A DNA stretch of 32,000 nt from Acaryochloris marina S15 (GCF_018336915.1 NZ_CP064923.1:5700001-5732000), one strand, 5' to 3'. Counted from the first letter of the stretch, positions 1-9,239 are shown. The notes: generated by a model not told the origin, from the letters alone. A program made the numbers and translations.

Positions 1-382
1 ATATCCATGTCCGATTGCCTAAATGCTTTGCTTAGATCCGTGCCGCTTTTCGACTCAAGCACTATCGTTCTAAGAGCGAAAAGTCTTACTTTCACGACAT
101 TAAAGACTTTTGCGATATCACGGTATGCGTCCACCCGATAAAAATAGTTAGATGTCTTGGAGACATGGATTCGAGAGCAGAAATGGAGGGCACAGGTTTT
201 GCGACTGAGCATATCCCGAGGTTGGAGGAGTTGACTTTGAAAACCTCTGAAGGCCCTCACCCCCAAATATTAAATACGACCTTTTGCGATGGTCTCCGAC
301 CGACCTTCGGCCATCGCAAACCCACCAACTCCCCCCCATTTATTACAGATATAAATCTCTCGATGCTTCGTAAGTGATAAAA

Positions 383-410
383 TGTGTATTAAATAGTATA
401 AATATACACA
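383..410 (+). promoter_or_regulatory. Candidate vapBC promoter/operator: inverted repeat TGTGTAT (383-389) / ATACACA (404-410) bracketing a TATAAAT -10-like element (397-403)
   Basis: The inverted repeat was read directly and lies 9-36 nt upstream of the vapB ATG. Type II antitoxins typically autoregulate through palindromes overlapping their promoter. No experimental support. Confidence 0.3.
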
Positions 411-418
411 AAACCGCA

Positions 419-613
419 ATGCGCACTAACATTGTGATTGATGACCAACTCATGGCAGACGCCCTCAAAGCCACTGGACTCAAAACCAAGAAAGAAGCTG
501 TTGAGCTTGGACTTAAGTTACTGGTTAAACGCAACCAACAACGGGACATTCGTAACCTCCGAGGCCAACTCAACTGGGAAGGCGACCTAGATGAGATGAG
601 GAGCAACGATTGA
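419..613 (+). CDS. vapB: Type II antitoxin, VapB family (64 aa)
   Basis: The internal ATG at 419 gives MRTNIVIDDQLMADALKATGLKTKKEAVELGL..., the characteristic VapB-antitoxin N-terminus. The ORF-track start at 374 adds 15 non-conserved residues. The stop TGA (611-613) overlaps the TTG start of the PIN gene (TTGA). Confidence 0.85.
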   Translation: MRTNIVIDDQLMADALKATGLKTKKEAVELGLKLLVKRNQQRDIRNLRGQLNWEGDLDEMRSND

Positions 614-1014
614 CCCTCATTGATACCAGCGTTTGGATTGATTATTTCAATGGCAACGATATGGACGAGACCAACCAGTTAGACACCCTGCTCTATGACG
701 GGGAAGCCACCATGGGCGACCTCATCTTTCTGGAGATACTGCAGGGTTTTCGCTCCGACCAACAGTATGAGACCGTCAGGCGAAAACTGGCCAAGCTGGA
801 ACGATACGAACTATTTGGAGATGCGATGGTGCTGCCTTGTGCCCAGAACTACCGCACCCTCAGAAAACTTGGCATCACCATTAGAAAGACGCCTGATGTC
901 ATCATCGCCACCTACTGCATCGAGAATTCAGTCCCCCTTCTCTTTTCAGATCGGGACTTCCGCCCGTTCGTTCAGCATTTAGGGCTTATCGACGCTGGAA
1001 CCACAGAAACATAA
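610..1014 (+). CDS. vapC: PIN-domain ribonuclease toxin VapC (134 aa)
   Basis: The N-terminus is MTLIDTSVWIDYF. The four PIN acidic positions are recognisable (D in IDTS, E in FLEIL, D in TPDVIIA, D in SDRDF). It has a 4-nt overlap with vapB. Confidence 0.9.
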   Translation: MTLIDTSVWIDYFNGNDMDETNQLDTLLYDGEATMGDLIFLEILQGFRSDQQYETVRRKLAKLERYELFGDAMVLPCAQNYRTLRKLGITIRKTPDVIIATYCIENSVPLLFSDRDFRPFVQHLGLIDAGTTET

Positions 1015-1167
1015 CGTCCGCGATAGCCGAGTCGCAGCAGAAAATGTTCAAGTCGTCGGTCTCATGATTCTTACTCTGGTCTGATGCATCGAAGGTTAGG
1101 AATCGCTCTCTCACAGACTACTCACGCTGCATAAAGTGTCAATACAATGTCACCGCTTGATGTAGTC

Positions 1168-1186
1168 AATGATAATGATTATCATT
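1168..1186. promoter_or_regulatory. Zur/Fur-type operator, perfect 9-1-9 palindrome AATGATAATGATTATCATT
   Basis: Perfect dyad read directly. It overlaps a plausible promoter (TTGATG 1157-1162, 17-nt spacer, TATCAT 1180-1185) 84 nt upstream of the COG0523 gene. It matches the AT-rich GATAAT/ATTATC Fur-superfamily box architecture. Confidence 0.75.
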
Positions 1187-1269
1187 CTAATTATGTTCCT
1201 TCACTCCCTATGCACCTATTTCAACGGTGACGCCAGAGCCAACTCACTCACCTCAGCCGGAGTTCACTC

Positions 1270-2307
1270 ATGATTCAATCCCCCACTCAACAAGCCGTAC
1301 CTCAAACCGAGCTAAAACTCCCCAAATGGGGGTTGCCCGTGACGATCATTACGGGCTTCCTCGGCAGTGGGAAGACCACATTGCTCAATCATATTCTCAA
1401 TGATTGCCAGGATCTCAAAGTCGCAGTGTTGGTCAATGAGTTTGGCGATATCGATATTGATAGCCAGCTCTTAGTGTCTGTTGAGGAAGATATGGTGCAG
1501 CTCAGCAATGGCTGTATCTGCTGCACGATCAACGACGATTTGGTGGAAGCGGTCTACAGCATTTTAGAGCGGAATGAGAAGGTGGATCACTTGGTGATCG
1601 AAACAACGGGGGTGGCCGATCCATTGCCAATCGCACTAACCTTTGCGATGCCGCCCCTGCGGAATTTAACCCAACTGGATTCCATCGTCACCCTAGTGGA
1701 TGCAGAAGCCTTCTCTCCCCAGCATTTTGAGAGTGAAGCCGCCCTCAACCAGGTGTCTTATGCCGACATTATTCTGCTCAATAAAACGGACTTAGCTGGC
1801 CCTCAACAGGTAGATGCCTTGGAAGCATGGGTTCGAGAACAGAAATGGGGTGCACGGATTTTGCGATCGCAAAACAGCAACATCCCCCTCCCCTTGATTT
1901 TAGATACAAATCTCTTTCAGCCAGAGCGCTATACCGCAGAAGCCAAAGCAATGGCTAAGACAACCCCTGATCACCCTGACCCTCACTGCCACAATCCTCA
2001 CCATCACTCCAACCATCTCGTCAATGATGGGTTTGTATCAGTGGCGTTTGAGAGTGATCGTCCGTTTGATTTGGACAAATTTCAAGATTGGCTCGCCGAT
2101 GATCTTTCAGAAAACGTCTTCCGAGCCAAGGGATTCCTATGGTTTGGTACAGTTGCACCACGCTATATCTTCCAGCTCAGCGGCAAACGCTACACCTTAG
2201 ACACGGACCAGTGGCCTGCAGCACCCAAGACACAGCTCGTCCTGATTGGTCGCGAGTTAGATGCCCCAAAACTACAGCACCAGCTTCGAGGCTGTTTAAC
2301 GTCCTAG
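1270..2307 (+). CDS. COG0523 (CobW/YciC/ZigA-type) G3E GTPase, putative zinc metallochaperone
   Basis: P-loop GFLGSGKTTLLN, CxCC metal motif GCICC (1513-1524), a His-rich stretch HPDPHCHNPHHHSNH (1972-2016), and a CobW C-terminal-like domain. It is preceded by the Zur-type box. Confidence 0.9.
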   Translation: MIQSPTQQAVPQTELKLPKWGLPVTIITGFLGSGKTTLLNHILNDCQDLKVAVLVNEFGDIDIDSQLLVSVEEDMVQLSNGCICCTINDDLVEAVYSILERNEKVDHLVIETTGVADPLPIALTFAMPPLRNLTQLDSIVTLVDAEAFSPQHFESEAALNQVSYADIILLNKTDLAGPQQVDALEAWVREQKWGARILRSQNSNIPLPLILDTNLFQPERYTAEAKAMAKTTPDHPDPHCHNPHHHSNHLVNDGFVSVAFESDRPFDLDKFQDWLADDLSENVFRAKGFLWFGTVAPRYIFQLSGKRYTLDTDQWPAAPKTQLVLIGRELDAPKLQHQLRGCLTS

Positions 2308-2483
2308 CCGATCTCGTTCACATCTATAGCCCAAGGAGAGCTTAGGCTCAAAACAACTGCAGCCAAAGAGGCCAGACAGTTGAGCATCGTCAGAACCCAA
2401 GAACGACCCAGCTCTCAGTGCCAAAATAGCCTCACCAAAGAAAAATATTTTCTGAAGTCTCTCCGTTGTCCACTTTCCTGAGA

Positions 2484-3550
<1,067 letters not shown>

Positions 3551-3593
3551 TTGCCCTGCTTTTGTCTTTTTCTCAATCAATAGGAATGTTGAC

Positions 3594-4802
3594 ATGACCC
3601 CTAACCCTTCTCGTCTCTCTCGGTTACAACAGTGCCAACTCTCCATCGCTTTGCTTTCGGCACTGGCTCTTGGTAGCTGTGCCTCGTCTCCCTCAGGGGA
3701 ATCCAATTCTACCCAAGATGACTCGAAGCTCCAGGTAACAACGACCTTTTTGCCAATCACCAACTTTACAAAAGCTGTAGCAGGCGATCGTGCCCAAGTG
3801 ACGCAGCTTTTACCCAACAATATTGGCCCCCACGACTACCAGGCCAAACCCGAGGATATCCAGAAGCTGGCCAAGGCCGACATTCTAGTCATGAATGGTC
3901 TAGAAATGGAAGCCTTTCTAGAGGACATGGTCAAAAATGCGGGCAATAGTGAGTTAGCCATGGTTGACTCCAGCGAAGGCGTTGCCGTTATTCCCAACGA
4001 AGAAGAGCATGGGGATGAACATAAAGGCGAGGACCATGCTGAGGACCACGAAGATGAAGACCATGGAGACGAAGACGAAGCGCATGCTGAAGACCATGAA
4101 GGTGAAGAGCATGCTGAGGGGGATGACCATGGAGACGAGGACCATGCTGAAGGCGAGGACCATGACGAGAAGAAAGACCATGCTGAAGGCGGCCATGAGC
4201 ATGGCGAAAATAACCCCCACATTTGGCTGGATCCGAAGCGAGCCATTCAGCAGGTTGAAAATATTCGTGATGGTTTGATTAAAGCGGACCCTGATGGGAA
4301 GTCGACCTACGAAGCCAATGCCGCTGCCTATATTGATCAACTGAAAAAACTCGATACGGAGTTTACTGAGCAACTAAAGCCCTATGCGGGCAAAACCTTC
4401 GTCACCTATCACGATTTTGCAGACTACTTTGCCCGCAGCTATGGCTTAAAGGTGGAGTATCTAGTGGGCATTCCGGACGAGAATGCGTCACCCGAAGATG
4501 TAAAGCGAGTCATTAATGCAGCGAAATCCTCGAATCTAAAGACTCTATTGTCAGAGCCCCAAGCTTCAAGTAACCCATTTACAGCACTGGCTCAAGATCT
4601 AAAGGTGCAGGTGGGTACATTTGATCCCTTAGAAACTGGCGGAACAGATGCATTAGAGGCAGACTATTACTTATCAGCCATGCGGGCCAATCTTAAAAGT
4701 TTGACCACCGCCTTTGGCAGTCAGCCCCAGACATGGATGCCAGCGCAGCCCAAACAACGGACCGTCGCGACCTTGCCTCAGTGGGTTCAGGTTAAATTTT
4801 AG
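3594..4802 (+). CDS. znuA: Zinc ABC transporter substrate-binding lipoprotein ZnuA with a very long His/Asp/Glu loop
   Basis: The internal ATG at 3594 gives a signal peptide with a lipobox (LALGSC). The ORF-track start at 3516 overlaps hemB. Cluster A-I SBP fold motifs are present (TTFLPITNF, GPHDYQ, NPHIWLDP, YHDFADYF). The roughly 75-aa loop EEEHGDEHKGEDHAEDHEDEDHGDEDEAHAEDHEGEEH... is typical of ZnuA and not of MntC. Confidence 0.9.
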   Translation: MTPNPSRLSRLQQCQLSIALLSALALGSCASSPSGESNSTQDDSKLQVTTTFLPITNFTKAVAGDRAQVTQLLPNNIGPHDYQAKPEDIQKLAKADILVMNGLEMEAFLEDMVKNAGNSELAMVDSSEGVAVIPNEEEHGDEHKGEDHAEDHEDEDHGDEDEAHAEDHEGEEHAEGDDHGDEDHAEGEDHDEKKDHAEGGHEHGENNPHIWLDPKRAIQQVENIRDGLIKADPDGKSTYEANAAAYIDQLKKLDTEFTEQLKPYAGKTFVTYHDFADYFARSYGLKVEYLVGIPDENASPEDVKRVINAAKSSNLKTLLSEPQASSNPFTALAQDLKVQVGTFDPLETGGTDALEADYYLSAMRANLKSLTTAFGSQPQTWMPAQPKQRTVATLPQWVQVKF

Positions 4803-4813
4803 GAGGGTTAAGC

Positions 4814-5584
4814 TTGCGAGAGTCCATTCTGCAGGTTTCAGGACTAACGGTTGTCCGCGACAAACATGTTGCGGTAGAAGAGGTATCGTTTGTCGTGCAG
4901 GCAGGGACCAATGTCGCCATCGTTGGTCCTAATGGCGCGGGGAAGAGTAGCCTGATCCAGGCAATCTTGGGGGTACTGCCACGTCAAGTGGGACAGGTGG
5001 AGGTATTGGGTCATCACCTCAGTCCCCAAGGACGATTGCCTGCGAAGATTCGGGATGCGATCGCATATCTGCCGCAAAATTTTAGCTTCGATCGCCGGAT
5101 TCCCATGACCGTCGAAGAAGTAGTGGGCTTAGGCTGGCATACCCTCGGCCTCCAATGGCCTTGGGCCGGGCACAGAGCGAGGCAAATTGCGGTTCGTCAA
5201 GCCCTCGCCCAGGTAGAAGCACTCCATTTGAAACGGAAACGAATTAGCGATCTATCGGGGGGCGAAACCAAACGAGTTCTGCTGGCCTATTGTCTGGTCA
5301 GGCCGCGTCGTCTGTTGATCTTAGATGAGGCTCCTGCGGGCCTAGATCTGCGGGCAGAAGCAGAATTCTACCAATTGCTGAACCAGCTCAAACAACAGCA
5401 AGGATGGGCCATTTTACAAGTTTCCCATGATCTAAATATGGTGCAGCGCCAGTGTGATCATGTGTTGTGTATTAACCGCCAGTTACTCTGCGAAGGGGTT
5501 CCTGAGATAGCCCTCTCCAAAGAAAGCTTAAGCACTGTCTATGGCCCCGAATTTGCCCGCTATCATCATTCCTGTGCGTTGTAA
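4814..5584 (+). CDS. znuC: Zinc ABC transporter ATP-binding protein
   Basis: Walker A GPNGAGKS, signature LSGGE, Walker B LLILDE. TTG start with AGGAGG at 4801-4806. Position between znuA and znuB. Confidence 0.85.
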   Translation: MRESILQVSGLTVVRDKHVAVEEVSFVVQAGTNVAIVGPNGAGKSSLIQAILGVLPRQVGQVEVLGHHLSPQGRLPAKIRDAIAYLPQNFSFDRRIPMTVEEVVGLGWHTLGLQWPWAGHRARQIAVRQALAQVEALHLKRKRISDLSGGETKRVLLAYCLVRPRRLLILDEAPAGLDLRAEAEFYQLLNQLKQQQGWAILQVSHDLNMVQRQCDHVLCINRQLLCEGVPEIALSKESLSTVYGPEFARYHHSCAL

Positions 5585-5602
5585 GTTTAGCGGCCCCATC
5601 CC

Positions 5603-6442
5603 ATGTCTTTGACCAGCGAAATCACTCGAATTATCGACCTGTTTCAGTTTCCGTTTATGCAGCGGGCGGTAATCAGCGGCGTCCTGACTGGACTAGCAGG
5701 CGGGATGCTTGGCAGCTTCACGATTCTGCGACAACTCTCATTTTTTAGCGATGCTCTAGGGCACTCTACCCTGTTGGGTCTCAGCTTTGGAGTGCTATTG
5801 GGCTGGAACCCTACGGCAATTGTCCTCCCGTTTGCGGTCTTGTTTGCCTTGGGCGTGACCTATCTACTCGAACGAACACACCTATGGACCGATGCACTGC
5901 TAAATATTGTCTACTCGTCCTCCTTGGCCCTCGCTGTTATTGTTCTCAGCTTAACGGGGACCTATAAGGGAGGAATTCATCAACTGTTGTTTGGTGATAT
6001 TTTAGCGGTGCACACGGCTGATTTAATTTTTTGTGGGGCATTACTGCTGGCCTGTGCTCTGTATATAGGGTTGACGTTTCGGACACAGATGCTGATCACC
6101 CTGAATGAACCCCTTGCGATCGCACGCGGTGTATCCATCTCATTCCATCGAACAACCTTTATTGTGCTCCTGGCTCTAGTCGTGGGAATTTCCATTAAAG
6201 CTATCGGAGTACTCTTGATTAGCGCTTTTGTCGTGATTCCAGCCTGTGCATCGCGATTACTCTGTCGCCAGTTTAGCCATCATGCGATCCTCTCGGCCTG
6301 CTTGGGAGCGATCAGTGCGGTCATGGGAATGCTGTTGTCAGCAGCGTTAAATTTACCGTCGGGACCCAGCATTGTCATGGCCCAATTAGGAATTTTTATG
6401 GGGGCGATGATTTACCCTCAACTCTATAAAGCCGTGGCTTAG
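5603..6442 (+). CDS. znuB: Zinc ABC transporter permease
   Basis: Polytopic ABC-3 family membrane protein (FPFMQRA..., multiple hydrophobic spans), last gene of the znuACB run. Confidence 0.85.
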   Translation: MSLTSEITRIIDLFQFPFMQRAVISGVLTGLAGGMLGSFTILRQLSFFSDALGHSTLLGLSFGVLLGWNPTAIVLPFAVLFALGVTYLLERTHLWTDALLNIVYSSSLALAVIVLSLTGTYKGGIHQLLFGDILAVHTADLIFCGALLLACALYIGLTFRTQMLITLNEPLAIARGVSISFHRTTFIVLLALVVGISIKAIGVLLISAFVVIPACASRLLCRQFSHHAILSACLGAISAVMGMLLSAALNLPSGPSIVMAQLGIFMGAMIYPQLYKAVA

Positions 6443-6482
6443 TGCAGTTCAGTTGCCCCGCTGGCCCTTCATCTCTCCTGGA

Positions 6483-7466
6483 TCACCCTAGTGGGACCGA
6501 GACTGGGTTGTGTCTATGGTCAATGTCCAAACAAGGCTCACCATGACAGGGATTAACTTCAATAAGTACATGCGAGAGAGAGGGAATATGACTGAGGAGG
6601 TTCTTGTAATACTCCGGTGCTTGTGGATAGTGGGTTACTAGGGAAACAGTTGCAGACAGATGCTGTTGGCTGACACGCCAGACATGCAGATCGACCACAC
6701 AATTATCCGCATCGTCTTCAATGATGTGCAAAATATCCAGCTTGATATGTTGATCAATGCCACCATCCAGCAAGATTGAGCCTGTGTCACTCACCAAATG
6801 GTAGGCCCATTTAGTGATGACTCCGGCACCGACTAACCCCATTGCGGCATCTAGCCAGATCCAACCTAGAAACTTCCCGGCAAATAAGGCAATGATAGCC
6901 AAAACAGAGGTGAGGGCATCCGCTAAAACGTGAACATAGGCAGCCCGCAGATTGTGATCCGCATGATGAGAATGACCATGAGTCCCATGATGATGATCAT
7001 AGCTGTGGCCGTGCTCACCTTGGAGTAACCAAGCACTCACTAAATTGACGATTAATCCAAGAATGGCCACTCCAATGGCCTCATTAAACTGAATAGCTTG
7101 GGGTTGAAAAAACCGACCGACTGATTCAAATGCCATAACAAACGCAATGACCGCCAGAGCAACAGCACTGGCAAACCCACCTAGTACACTGACTTTGCCG
7201 GTACCGAAGGTATATCTGTCATCATTTGCATGTTGGCGAGCATAGCGATACGCAAACACTGTGATACCAAATGCTGCTAGGTGAGTAGCCATATGCCAGC
7301 CATCTGCCAACAGGGCCATAGAGCCCAAAATAGTACCCGCTACAATCTCTGCAATCATCGTGGCTGCAGTTATAAGCATCACGATCTTGGTATTTTTCTC
7401 CGCTTGATTCTGATTAACCGAGAAGTCGTGAGAATGTTGCCAATGATCAAGGGTTTGAATATGCAT
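6483..7466 (-). CDS. Cation diffusion facilitator (CDF) metal efflux transporter, DmeF/CzcD/ZitB-like, with a His-rich cytoplasmic loop
   Basis: N-terminal HSHDF...AEKNT motif, TM2 SMALLADGWHMATH and TM5 HVLADALTS metal-site motifs, and the loop GEHGHSYDHHHGTHGHSHHADH. Convergent with znuB (40-bp gap). Confidence 0.85.
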   Translation of the reverse strand: MHIQTLDHWQHSHDFSVNQNQAEKNTKIVMLITAATMIAEIVAGTILGSMALLADGWHMATHLAAFGITVFAYRYARQHANDDRYTFGTGKVSVLGGFASAVALAVIAFVMAFESVGRFFQPQAIQFNEAIGVAILGLIVNLVSAWLLQGEHGHSYDHHHGTHGHSHHADHNLRAAYVHVLADALTSVLAIIALFAGKFLGWIWLDAAMGLVGAGVITKWAYHLVSDTGSILLDGGIDQHIKLDILHIIEDDADNCVVDLHVWRVSQQHLSATVSLVTHYPQAPEYYKNLLSHIPSLSHVLIEVNPCHGEPCLDIDHRHNPVSVPLG

Positions 7467-7565
7467 TGAATCTCTACATCCTTGAGTTGAGGACTTTACC
7501 AGTCAGTATTCCTGAATTTTAAATACCCCTGAGAGATGGGGTGAGAGGAGGAAGTGATACAGCGC

Positions 7566-7892
7566 TCAATTGCGCCTCACAGAAGTTAGATTGTGAGTTG
7601 TATAAATGTTGAGGGTTTCAGCGGCAACGACTAAGGAAGCATCACCAAAGTCCATCGGTACATCTCTATATTGGGTCATTAGAGCTTCAACCTAATTCAA
7701 CTGTTGATCTATTGAAGGGATATAGAACCAGCACTCTCCGCTGGCAGAACATCCAAAGGCTTGCTGAACTATGCCAGCCCACTCTCCAAGCCAGTCAATG
7801 GCTTCGGTAAAACAAAGCAAGGGCTGTTCTAAATCTGAGATTGTTTCTACACAGCGGCGATAATTCCTATCTTGCTGATTAATCAGAGCCAT
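7566..7892 (-). pseudogene. Decayed PIN-domain (VapC-like) toxin gene with an in-frame amber stop and a missing N-terminus
   Basis: The 66-aa ORF (ALINQQDRNYRRCVE...LLCFTEAIDWL) continues in the same frame after TAG at 7692-7694 as VEALMTQYRDVPMDFGDASLVVAAETLNI..., the conserved C-terminal PIN segment. There is no DTS-type N-terminal acidic motif and no partner antitoxin. The upstream part is overrun by the znuA2 3' end. Confidence 0.6.
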
Positions 7893-7962
7893 GAGAGGAG
7901 AGGGATAACGAGATAGTCCTAGGGGATTTGATCTCGGTTTCTCACCTGTTTACAGGGACCGT

Positions 7963-9039
7963 TCAATTACGATAGGCAGTATATTGTCCTCCCAAGCCTT
8001 TGACGATGGTTTCGGTGTTGGCGATCAACATGGTTTGATAGGTGCTGCCCCGGCTGTTTTCTTCTCCCAACGAATCCGCAAATAACTCAGTGGATGCGAT
8101 TTGAACACCCGCTTCTTTAGCAACCGTTTGCATGAGTTTGGGGGTTTCACCGGATTCTACAAAAATGACCGGAACTTTGGCCGTTTTGATATCTTCCACT
8201 ACATCTTTAACTCGGGCCGCAGCCGGTTTTTCTTCTGTACTGAATCCCTGTAATGCTCCTTCCAAAGTGAGTCCATAGGTGTTGGCGAAGTACGCTAAGG
8301 CTTCATGGGTGGTAAACAGTTTGCGCTGCTGCTCCGGGATAGTCTGAATTTGTGCCTGAATCCAAGTGTCTATTTTCCCTAATTCAGTGACCACTGCTTT
8401 TGAGTTTTGAGCATAGGTATCCGCTTGATCAGGGACAAGCTGAGTTAAACTTTCTTCCAACACTGTCACTATCTCAACACCTTGCTTAGGGCTATGCCAC
8501 ACATGAGGGTCAGGCGTTAGATCATCTTCTTGGGTATGTTCTTCATGTTTTTCATCATCATGATCTTCCTCTGCATGCCCGTGATCATCTTCTCCTGCAT
8601 GGTCATCTTCGCCCTCATGGTCATCTTCTTCAGCACCATGATCATGGCTGGCACCCAATAGTGGCTTCGGAACTGCTTCTTCAGCTACTGCCACTTTGAT
8701 CATGTCTGCTGAAGTAGCTTGGATCGCTTTTTCCAGATTGGGCTCTAGACCATACCCGTTATAGAGAACAAGTTGAGCCTGTTCTATGGCTTTGCGATCG
8801 CGTGATGAAAGCGCATAGGCATGGGGGTCTACTCCTGGTTTGATCAGACAGGTGAGGTCAATCGTTTGCTCAGCAATTTGTTGGGTTAGATCACACAGTA
8901 CGGAACTAGTGGCGACAACTTTAGGGAGATTTGAAGAGTCTTTGGAGTCAGGGGCAGAAGAACCACAACTGGTACTGACCAAAGCCGTTACCACTAAGTA
9001 AATAGGCCATTTGAAAGAAGTGATCTTGGGATGAACCAT
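7963..9039 (-). CDS. znuA: Second, orphan ZnuA-type zinc-binding lipoprotein (358 aa) with a His/Asp/Glu loop
   Basis: Internal ATG at 9039 (MVHPKITSFKWPIYLVVTALVSTSCGSS, signal plus Cys). The loop is SHDHGAEEDDHEGEDDHAGEDDHGHAEEDHDDEKHEEH. SBP motifs DPHAY, DPHVWHSP and THEALAYF are present. The ORF-track start at 9210 would place the promoter and operator inside the CDS. Confidence 0.85.
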   Translation of the reverse strand: MVHPKITSFKWPIYLVVTALVSTSCGSSAPDSKDSSNLPKVVATSSVLCDLTQQIAEQTIDLTCLIKPGVDPHAYALSSRDRKAIEQAQLVLYNGYGLEPNLEKAIQATSADMIKVAVAEEAVPKPLLGASHDHGAEEDDHEGEDDHAGEDDHGHAEEDHDDEKHEEHTQEDDLTPDPHVWHSPKQGVEIVTVLEESLTQLVPDQADTYAQNSKAVVTELGKIDTWIQAQIQTIPEQQRKLFTTHEALAYFANTYGLTLEGALQGFSTEEKPAAARVKDVVEDIKTAKVPVIFVESGETPKLMQTVAKEAGVQIASTELFADSLGEENSRGSTYQTMLIANTETIVKGLGGQYTAYRN

Positions 9040-9047
9040 GAAATTAA

Positions 9048-9066
9048 AGTGATAATGATACTCATT
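9048..9066. promoter_or_regulatory. Zur/Fur-type operator AGTGATAATGATACTCATT (16/19 match to the 1168 box)
   Basis: Read directly, 9 nt upstream of the znuA2 ATG and just downstream of the predicted -10. It shares the GTGATAATGAT core with the other two boxes. Confidence 0.65.
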
Positions 9067-9073
9067 CCAATTC

Positions 9074-9102
9074 AGCATAGGTAGAGAGTTTCGAGTTGTC
9101 AA
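9074..9102 (-). promoter_or_regulatory. Predicted sigma70-type promoter of znuA2: TTGACA (9102-9097), 17 nt, TATGCT (9079-9074)
   Basis: Consensus -35 hexamer with exact 17-nt spacing to a TAxxxT -10, read on the minus strand. The operator lies immediately downstream. Confidence 0.5.
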
Positions 9103-9239
9103 TCGCGGCACAATGCCGCTAGAAACGCACTTCGAGAGAGTCTTAAAGGGGCTACCGCATAAATACTCCAACTCATCCATTAGTCGTATGCAGTAAACAC
9201 TCGAAATCAATCAAGATCCGCAGGAAACGGGTGATCAAC

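Noticed and set aside
148-377. ORF-track entries 148-339 (minus, 63 aa) and 165-377 (plus, 70 aa)
   Set aside because: They overlap each other, are Gly/Trp/Ser/Pro- or Thr/Leu-rich with no motifs, and span the hairpin region. They are treated as non-coding pending an RNA or extension analysis.
3836-4373. Three overlapping ORFs (136 aa and 139 aa on minus, 104 aa on plus) inside znuA
   Set aside because: These are low-complexity shadow frames (poly-S/W/P or M/V/F/K) produced by the GA/CAT-rich His-Asp-Glu loop repeats. The plus-strand znuA frame has full-length family similarity.
7467-7565. A Zur or other metal-regulator operator upstream of the CDF exporter
   Set aside because: Only weak partial dyads are present (TATTCCTGAATTTTAAATA; CCCC-N8-GGGG). 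Nothing approaches the 19-bp box, so no call is made.
9040-9210. N-terminal extension of znuA2 to the ORF-track start (415 aa)
   Set aside because: The extension would contain the TTGACA-17-TATGCT promoter and the Zur box (translated as NEYHYH). The signal peptide and lipobox begin at the Met at 9039.
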